The position numbers and the translations under genes are program-made. The notes under the pieces were generated by a model. The model was not told the origin of the DNA and searched no databases. It saw nothing but the letters and a program-made list of their open reading frames with translations. From positions 64,001 through 128,000 of IMG/VR virus record IMGVR_UViG_3300012983_000033: a DNA stretch of 64,000 nucleotides; one strand, written 5' to 3'. Source of the stretch: a virus. Lineage: Duplodnaviria; Caudoviricetes. Shown in pieces: positions 57,066 through 64,000 of the stretch; position 1 is the first letter of the stretch, and each line of letters opens with the position of its first letter.

Positions 57066-59417
57066 TTGAGTGATTTAAAATCAATTATTAATGAAAGCTT
57101 TACTCAATATGCAGGTGCTGTTCTACAAAGCCGTGCGCTCGTTGATGTACGAGATTGTTTAAAGCCTTCGGCTCGTCAGATTTTCTATTGTATGGATAAA
57201 TACAAATATACTTCTGACAAACCCTATAGTGCAAGTACTGCGCCCGTAGCTGAAGCGATGAAACACTTCTACATTCACGGTGATGGTTCTTGTCTTGGTA
57301 TTATTATGAGAGCTGCACAGCCTTTTGCTATGCGTTATCCTCTCGTTGATGTTCACGGTAACGTCGGTAATTTGATGAGTTCTGGTAACTGGGCAGCGCC
57401 TCGTTATACAAAATCTCGTCTTTCAAAAATGTCAAAATCTCTTTTCGCAGACATTGACAAAGATACAATAAGCGAATGGAGAGATAATTTCGCAGAAGAT
57501 GAACAGTATCCCGCAGTTCTTCCTTCAAAAGGATTTTACAATATTGTAAATGGAACAAGCGGTATTGGTATCGGTATGGCTTCGTCAATCCCGCAGTTTA
57601 ATATTAAAGATGTTAATGCAGCTTTGATTAAATTGCTTTGGGAGCCAACAACACCTTTTGAAGATATTTATTGTGCACCTGACTTTGCAACTGGCGCAAT
57701 CCTCCTCAATGAAGAGCAGGTAAAAGAAAGTCTTAAAAATGGTACTGGCTTTGCTTGTAAGTTGCGCGCGGTCATAGAATATGACACAAAAGAGCGTTGC
57801 TTGGTAGCTACTGAAATCCCTTATGGTGTTTATACAAATACTATTTGTGGAGAACTTGAAGCTATTTTGAATGATGAGGACAATCCCGGCATTGATAGAT
57901 TTAACGATTTGACAGGTAAAACACCTCTTATCAAAATCTATCTCACAAAAAATGCAAATGTTGATAGAGTTATCAAGTATCTTTATAAGAATACTTCACT
58001 CCAATCTCACTATGGCATTAATATGACAATGCTTGAGGACGGTAGATATCCGAGAGTGTTTGGCTGGAAAGAAGCACTTCTTCAACACCTTAAACACGAA
58101 GAACTCGTATATCGTCGCGGTTTTGAATTTGATTTGGCAAAAATCAATAAGCGTATTCATATTCTTGACGGTTTGTTTATTGCTCTTGCAAATATTGAAG
58201 AAGTGGTTGCAATCATTAAGAGTTCTACATCTACTGCGGCGGCTCGTGAAAAATTACAGGAAAAGTTCTTACTAAGTGATGCTCAGGCAAAGGCTATTCT
58301 TGAAATGAAACTTTCTCGTTTAGCAAGTCTTGAAGTTAAAAAACTTGAAAATGAAAGAGAAAGCCTTGTTGCAGAAAAAGAAAAAATTGAAGCAATCCTT
58401 AACAATAAGGAACTTTTATATATAGAAATCGAAAATGGACTTCGCGCAATTGCGACAAAATATGGTGACGAACGCAGAACAAAAGTTATGAATATTGAGG
58501 GTGAAGAGGATGAACCCGTTGAAGTAAAATCACTTCAGCTTTCTCTTACAAACAAAAACAATATCTTCGTAACCGAATCATCATCACTTTATAAGCAGAA
58601 ACGCGGCGGAGTTGGCACAAAGCTCAAACTTGGTAATGGCGAATTTGTACTTTCATCAATTAATATTGAGAATGTGGATACAGTAATGTTTTTCACAAAT
58701 ACGGGCAACCTCTATAATTGCTCTGCAACTGCGCTTATGCTTAATACTCTTGTGGCAATTGAATCAGTATGTGCTGTTAAACCTAATGAGCAGGTTGTTG
58801 CGATTTCTTCAATGAATAAGAAAAATACAAAGCCTCATATTCTTTTCTTTACAGAAAAAGGTATGGTTAAGAAGTCTCTCGTTTCTGATTATAATACAAA
58901 AAGAACAACGGGAGTAAAAGCTCTAACTCTTGATAACGGCGACTGTATCAAGTCAATCATCTTCACAGATTCCGATAGAGTTGGAATTTTGACAGAGCTC
59001 GGAAATTTTGTTATAATTGAAACAAAGGATATAAGAGCAATCGGAAGAACTGCAAAAGGAGTTAAGGCAATTAAACTTAATGAAGGCGATTGTGTTGTAA
59101 GTGCAAAAATTATTCCTACAACAACAACTGATATTGCATCAGTAAGCAATATTGGTTTAATTAAGAAAACTCCTATCGCAGATTTTGGCGTACAGGGTCG
59201 CGGTACGAAGGGCTCGAAGATTCAGAAAATTGGTGAAGATGAGTGGATTGCGGACTTCTATCCTCTCACTACAGAAACCGAAATTCTTGTTGCTTCAAAT
59301 AATTCTTGTATTAAGTTTAGCGTTTCTGAAATACCAACACTCTCAAAAGGTGCGGCCGGTAGTCGCTCTATTAAATTAAGTCCAAATTCTAACATTGTTG
59401 GAATTTCAAAATCGTAA
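57066..59417 (+). CDS. gyrA: DNA gyrase subunit A
   Basis: RAL.DVRD.LKP, HGD, AAPRYT catalytic Tyr, NG..GI..GM, PDF.TG, GyrA-box-like QKRGGVG, pinwheel repeats. Confidence 0.93.
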   Translation: MSDLKSIINESFTQYAGAVLQSRALVDVRDCLKPSARQIFYCMDKYKYTSDKPYSASTAPVAEAMKHFYIHGDGSCLGIIMRAAQPFAMRYPLVDVHGNVGNLMSSGNWAAPRYTKSRLSKMSKSLFADIDKDTISEWRDNFAEDEQYPAVLPSKGFYNIVNGTSGIGIGMASSIPQFNIKDVNAALIKLLWEPTTPFEDIYCAPDFATGAILLNEEQVKESLKNGTGFACKLRAVIEYDTKERCLVATEIPYGVYTNTICGELEAILNDEDNPGIDRFNDLTGKTPLIKIYLTKNANVDRVIKYLYKNTSLQSHYGINMTMLEDGRYPRVFGWKEALLQHLKHEELVYRRGFEFDLAKINKRIHILDGLFIALANIEEVVAIIKSSTSTAAAREKLQEKFLLSDAQAKAILEMKLSRLASLEVKKLENERESLVAEKEKIEAILNNKELLYIEIENGLRAIATKYGDERRTKVMNIEGEEDEPVEVKSLQLSLTNKNNIFVTESSSLYKQKRGGVGTKLKLGNGEFVLSSINIENVDTVMFFTNTGNLYNCSATALMLNTLVAIESVCAVKPNEQVVAISSMNKKNTKPHILFFTEKGMVKKSLVSDYNTKRTTGVKALTLDNGDCIKSIIFTDSDRVGILTELGNFVIIETKDIRAIGRTAKGVKAIKLNEGDCVVSAKIIPTTTTDIASVSNIGLIKKTPIADFGVQGRGTKGSKIQKIGEDEWIADFYPLTTETEILVASNNSCIKFSVSEIPTLSKGAAGSRSIKLSPNSNIVGISKS

Positions 59418-59573
59418 TTTATAGGGTTTGAAAATTTGAAAAAAAGTGAAAATCCTATTATAATTATTATAGAAAGTTAAGAGAAACAAATCTCTAACTT
59501 CGTGATTAGGTATAAAGACAGGAAGTCTTTACACATATATAAAAATATTTTATTAAACAAGGAGAGAAAAACA

Positions 59574-59822
59574 ATGAAACTCACAGAAAATCAGGCAAAT
59601 GTAATCAACTATCTCAGAGACAATGGTGGAAAGGTTTCCGTTCCAGAACTTGCTGCAGGTCTTGACAAAACAGAAAAACAGATTGGCGGTGTTCGTCTTG
59701 GTCTTGTAAAGAAAGAACTCATCACTTATGAAAAAGTAGCTGGTGCAGGTGCAGACGGCAAAGATCTTGCTTACTTTGTTATCACAGACAAAGGCGCTAA
59801 CTACGAATCAATCGAAGACTAA
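59574..59822 (+). CDS. Winged-helix DNA-binding protein
   Basis: MKLTENQ..VI.YL...ELA..L...LVKK.LI...ITDKG pattern. Confidence 0.7.
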   Translation: MKLTENQANVINYLRDNGGKVSVPELAAGLDKTEKQIGGVRLGLVKKELITYEKVAGAGADGKDLAYFVITDKGANYESIED

Positions 59823-59923
59823 TTCGTTAACGGCTTATAGGGGCTATTAATTTAGCCCCTTAAATTGTCTCAAATTAACAAATGAAAAGAAGAAAAAGAA
59901 TAAAATAAGGAGAATAAGATAAT

Positions 59924-60835
59924 ATGATCAGACAGGCATTTAATCAGGTAGAAATTGAAGGTATTTTGAGCGAAATCAATCTTGACTATAAATCATACAA
60001 CGATGCTAATGGTAAACCCGTTGAAGCAATCGGTGGAGATGTTAAGGTTAGAGTAAGACAGGTTATCAATAAAAACGAAGAACCCGTTACTCTTGAAATT
60101 CCCGTATTTATGTTTTCACAGAAGTTTAAGAAGGATGGTAGTCCCAACTCTTCATATAACTCTATTCAGGATATTAAAGAAAACTTCAAATCAATCAATA
60201 TGGCAGGTGGAGAGGCAGGCGCCGATGGTATCCGTTTTGTAGGTAAATATTGCTCACTCGAAATGAATGAGTTCTATAACCAGAAAGGTCAGCTTGTTTC
60301 TTATCCTCGTGTAAAAGCAAGTTTTGGTTCAAAAGTTGAACGTAGTAAAGTTAAAGAAAAAGCTAATTTCACAGTTGAACTTATGGTTTCAGATATGATT
60401 GAAGAAGAAGTAAATGATGAAGCAACAGGTCGTCTTATCGTTGTAGGTTCAGTGCCTCAGTACGGCGGCAAGGTTGATGTAATCAAATTCATCGCTTCAA
60501 ACGAGGGTGTTAAATCTGGTATTCAGCAGATGTGGGCTGAAGCAGATACTGTTAAAGCTTCTGGTAAGCTTAACTTTACATCAAGAACAGAGACATATAT
60601 TCCCGAAGTGGCTCTTGGTGAAGCAGAAGAACAGACAAGAACTATTTCAGTAAGTGAACTTATCATCACAGGTGGTACAGAAGCATACGATCAGAACGCT
60701 TTTGAACTTGAAGATGTTCGTAAAGGTCTTACAGAAAGAAAGGCAAGACTTGATGCAGCTAAAGATAAGAATAAGTCAGGCGCAAAAACTCGTCAGACTC
60801 CCGCAGCAGGTCTTAAAGACGATCTCGGATTTTAA
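59924..60835 (+). CDS. Putative single-stranded DNA-binding protein
   Basis: N.VEIEG.L start, beta-rich, acidic DDLGF tail, replication context. Confidence 0.6.
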   Translation: MIRQAFNQVEIEGILSEINLDYKSYNDANGKPVEAIGGDVKVRVRQVINKNEEPVTLEIPVFMFSQKFKKDGSPNSSYNSIQDIKENFKSINMAGGEAGADGIRFVGKYCSLEMNEFYNQKGQLVSYPRVKASFGSKVERSKVKEKANFTVELMVSDMIEEEVNDEATGRLIVVGSVPQYGGKVDVIKFIASNEGVKSGIQQMWAEADTVKASGKLNFTSRTETYIPEVALGEAEEQTRTISVSELIITGGTEAYDQNAFELEDVRKGLTERKARLDAAKDKNKSGAKTRQTPAAGLKDDLGF

Positions 60836-60853
60836 TAATAGGAGGGGTAACTA

Positions 60854-61831
60854 ATGGCTCTTGATTTATTAAATCTTCAGCCGTCCGTTATTAGCCGAGA
60901 TTTAAAAGGTAAATTTGTTTGTATATATTCAATTCCTAAGGCGGGCAAGACATCACTTGCCTGCCAATTTCCAAAAAACCTTTTATTCGGTTTTGAACAC
61001 GGTTGGAACGCAATTTCAGGCGCAATGGCTGTTGACATCACAAAATGGTCAGACTTTAAGCTCTATTTGCGCCAGCTTGAAAAGGCAGAACTAAAAGAAA
61101 AATATAATACTATTACAATTGATACTGTTGGACTTGCTTGGGAAATGTGTGAGCAGTATATTTGTACACAGAACGGCGTTCAAAAGATTGCAGATATTCC
61201 TTGGGGCGGTGGTTACACAGCTTGTAAAAAGGAATTTGAATCTTGTTTGCGTAAAATTACCCAACTTGGTTATGGTTTGGTAATTATTGCTCATAGTGAG
61301 AAGAGAGTTGAAAAACGCTCTGATGACTCAGAAGTTGAAATTCTCGGTCCTGCTATTCCAAAACGCGCATACGATATTGTTAATCAGTTAGTGGATATTA
61401 TTGGATATATTGATGTGACTTGGGATGAGGACGGCAATAGTGAACGTTGGCTTTATACAAGAAAAACTCCTACTATTATGGCAGGTAGTCGTTTCAAATA
61501 TCTTTCTCCAAAAATCAAGTTCGGTTATCAGGAGTTAGTAGATGCTATCGCTGATGCAATTGAAAAGAGCGAAAAACTTGATGGTGCGGTGGTTGTCGAT
61601 ACAGAAGTAAACACTGTTGCTGAAACTGAACCTCTTCACTATGATGTAATTCGTGCTGAAGCTCAAGAACTTTGGGGCAAACTTATTGCTCAAAATGAAG
61701 AAAACGCAGCTCGTATTCTGAAAAAAGTTGAAATGATTTTCGGAAGACAAATGAAACTCTCAGAGATTACAGAAGATCAGGTTGATCTATATAATCTTGT
61801 AGTTATTGAAATGCGTGAAATGTTAAAATAA
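60854..61831 (+). CDS. AAA_24 / Sak4-like ATPase
   Basis: PKAGKTS, FEHG, IDT, IAHS, VDIIGY, AGSRF motifs. Confidence 0.8.
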   Translation: MALDLLNLQPSVISRDLKGKFVCIYSIPKAGKTSLACQFPKNLLFGFEHGWNAISGAMAVDITKWSDFKLYLRQLEKAELKEKYNTITIDTVGLAWEMCEQYICTQNGVQKIADIPWGGGYTACKKEFESCLRKITQLGYGLVIIAHSEKRVEKRSDDSEVEILGPAIPKRAYDIVNQLVDIIGYIDVTWDEDGNSERWLYTRKTPTIMAGSRFKYLSPKIKFGYQELVDAIADAIEKSEKLDGAVVVDTEVNTVAETEPLHYDVIRAEAQELWGKLIAQNEENAARILKKVEMIFGRQMKLSEITEDQVDLYNLVVIEMREMLK

Positions 61832-61952
61832 TCGTTAGCATTAACGATTCATATACGGTCGGCGGTAGTCTTTTTAAGGCTACCGCTTTTTAAACTTGAC
61901 AATTTTTTGTATTTTTGATATAATAAATATAGAAGATTGGAGGAATATAAAA

Positions 61953-62636
61953 ATGGGTAAAATTTATACTTGCTTATTTTGTAAACTAAAATTTGATACC
62001 GATGAAGTCGAATGGGATAGATATGGAACCCGTTATGCACATAAGTCGTGTATTGAAAAACACAATGAAAAAGAACGACTAAAAGAAGAAAAGAGAAAGA
62101 ACAAAGCAGAAGCGCCAAAGTCAACCACAAAACGAAAGAAAAATATTCGTAAGTGTTATTACTGCGGCGGTGATGTGGATATAACCACAGATAAATTCTC
62201 AAAAGTTCACTCAAATAGATATGCTCATAGAGAGTGTCATATCAAAAACTATACACCCGATGAAGAGTATATTCCAAAGATTTATGAATATTTGAAATCA
62301 ATTAATTTTAATTATAATTATACTCAATGTGATAAGCAAAGAGTTAATTTTATTAAAACAATGGGATATTCAAATGAAGAAATCTATCTCACATTAAAAT
62401 ATATGTATAGTATAAAGAAATTATCACCCGAGCGATCTGAAGGTCGTATCGGTTTAGTGCCATATCTGAAAGAAGAAGCAATCCAATATTTCCATAATAT
62501 TGAGAAACGTCAAGAAGAGATTGGTATTGCTGTTGAAAAACAGCTTGAAAAAGGAGTAAAGGTTATTAGGGTTCTTGCGCCCGAAAAACCAGTAGATAAA
62601 GGCTATATAGATTTGGATTCGATTGGAGATGATTAA
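61953..62636 (+). CDS. Zn-finger replication-associated protein
   Basis: Two CxxC...RYAH..C repeats, IGLVPY motif; upstream of helicase. Confidence 0.65.
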   Translation: MGKIYTCLFCKLKFDTDEVEWDRYGTRYAHKSCIEKHNEKERLKEEKRKNKAEAPKSTTKRKKNIRKCYYCGGDVDITTDKFSKVHSNRYAHRECHIKNYTPDEEYIPKIYEYLKSINFNYNYTQCDKQRVNFIKTMGYSNEEIYLTLKYMYSIKKLSPERSEGRIGLVPYLKEEAIQYFHNIEKRQEEIGIAVEKQLEKGVKVIRVLAPEKPVDKGYIDLDSIGDD

Positions 62637-64000
62637 TTGCTTGATAAGGACACTGTACTTCAAGTAATTGGCGGATTAATGAAGCAGCCGCAATACTTGA
62701 GTGAAAAAGATAAATATAGTCTCTCAATAGGAGACTTTCCAAATCGTTTTGAAAAATATATCTTTTCCGCTATTTATAATCTATATAAAGATGGCGCAAG
62801 AGTTATTACTCCAACCGATATTGATAATTATTTCAATGCTCATGCGCCGGCAAAAGATTTATTTGAAAAAAATAATGGCATAGAATATCTTCAAGATGTT
62901 TTGGAATTCTGCGAAGCAGATAACTTCCCATTTTATTATAAAAGATTAAAGAAATTTAATTGTTTAAAAGACCTTAAAAAATATGGTTTTGATACTTCTT
63001 CTATATATTGTGAAGATTTAACGAATCCGAAGTTTAAAGAAATTAATGATAGATTTGAACAAATTGAAATTGGGCAAATTTTTGAATCAGTTAAAAAAGG
63101 CTTAATGCTTATTGAAACAAATTATTCAACTGGCGAAGCCTCAGAAACAAACTCTGCGGCCAGTGGTGTTCGTCAGTTACTTGAAGACTTGAAAGTAAGA
63201 CCAGAAGTTGGAGCTTCACTTCAAGGTGATATCTTTAACACAATCTGTCGCGGCGCGCGTAAGACAAAGTTTTATATTCGAAGTGCTTCGAGTGGTGTTG
63301 GTAAAACAAGACACGCACTTGGAGATGCTTGTCAGATTGCTTATCCGCTTCGTTTTAATACGGAAAATTGGCAGTGGGAATCAACAGGTAATTGTGAGAG
63401 AACTTTATTCATCGCGACTGAGCAGGAACTTGATGAAATCCAGACATTGGTGCTTGCATATTTAACTGGTTTTAACGAAGAAAACTTCTTGTACGATAAC
63501 TTCAATTTTGAAGAAAGAAAAATTATTGCACAAGCTGTTCGTGTTATGGAAACTTATAATGAGAATCTTTTTATTGTAAGATTGTCTAATCCGAATATTG
63601 AGCAGATTAAGGCGGTTGTAAGACAGAACTGGATTTTACATAATATCCAAAATGTGTTTTACGACTATATCTTCTCAAGCCCAAGTTTGCTTAATGAATT
63701 TAGAGATTTACGAATCCGTGAAGATGTTGCTTTGAATTTGTTATCAACAGCTTTAAAGGACTTGGCAGTTGAGTTAAAGATTTTTGTTATGTCTGCAACT
63801 CAGACAAATGCGAAATCTGACGAAGATAAGGCAATTAAGAATGAAGCTGTTATTCGCGGCGCGCGTTCTATTATTGATAAGTGTGATATTGCGTGTGTTG
63901 TTTCAAGAGTAACAAAAGAAGATGAAGAAATTCTTGCAATTCCTATTCAAAGATGTGGAATGAAGCCAAATCAAGTTACTGATGTTTATAAGGTTAGACG
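62637..64000 (+). CDS. Replicative DnaB-like helicase (partial, runs off window end)
   Basis: TTG start; RSASSGVGKTR Walker A, FI.TE, FYDYI, LK.LA..L, SATQ.N, IRGARSI.DK.D motifs. Confidence 0.85.
   Translation, partial: MLDKDTVLQVIGGLMKQPQYLSEKDKYSLSIGDFPNRFEKYIFSAIYNLYKDGARVITPTDIDNYFNAHAPAKDLFEKNNGIEYLQDVLEFCEADNFPFYYKRLKKFNCLKDLKKYGFDTSSIYCEDLTNPKFKEINDRFEQIEIGQIFESVKKGLMLIETNYSTGEASETNSAASGVRQLLEDLKVRPEVGASLQGDIFNTICRGARKTKFYIRSASSGVGKTRHALGDACQIAYPLRFNTENWQWESTGNCERTLFIATEQELDEIQTLVLAYLTGFNEENFLYDNFNFEERKIIAQAVRVMETYNENLFIVRLSNPNIEQIKAVVRQNWILHNIQNVFYDYIFSSPSLLNEFRDLRIREDVALNLLSTALKDLAVELKIFVMSATQTNAKSDEDKAIKNEAVIRGARSIIDKCDIACVVSRVTKEDEEILAIPIQRCGMKPNQVTDVYKVR

Noticed and set aside
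63208-63465. 85-aa ORF
   Set aside because: Out-of-frame overlap inside the DnaB-like helicase, which the ORF track missed because it runs off the window
1-64000. Bacterial chromosome or integrated prophage
   Set aside because: No rRNA, ribosomal protein, integrase or att site seen; gene density, tRNA array and recoding fit a large phage

Overview
This is a 64-kb segment of a large, AT-rich lytic bacteriophage genome, probably infecting gut Firmicutes/Clostridia (inferred from sigmaA-type promoters and GGAGG RBSs). Layout: (1) 1-28.7 kb, minus strand: early/accessory genes, including a large NAD+ salvage and ADP-ribose cluster (NadE, NadR-like kinase, macrodomain, NADAR, NAMPT-like, NMNAT, PRPP-synthetase-like, PncA), an RNA-repair cluster (RNA ligase, Pnk-HD, phosphoesterases), PhoH and ClpP. 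(2) 28.8-38.6 kb: about 30 tRNA genes covering all 20 amino acids, interleaved with large structured RNAs. (3) 40.6-43.8 kb, plus strand: RNase H, kinase, DNA ligase. (4) 43.8-50 kb, minus strand: lysis/tail-accessory operon. (5) 50-64 kb, plus strand: replication genes (UvrD-like helicase, methyltransferase, GyrB, GyrA, SSB-like, AAA ATPase, DnaB-like helicase). Main result: TAG appears to be read as Gln (code-15-like) in at least 12 genes that the supplied ORF track fragments or misses, including the endolysin and a holin-like gene. The array carries a matching amber-suppressor tRNA(CUA) with an unusual long variable arm. Other notable items: a GOLLD-like RNA whose centre holds a circularly permuted tRNA (3' half before 5' half), an adjacent ROOL-like RNA, a degenerate tRNA with a UUA anticodon, an initiator-type tRNA with an 8-nt anticodon loop, and a Pnk gene whose P-loop can only be completed by splicing or a 7-nt bypass. 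All family names come from motif recognition by eye, not database searches.
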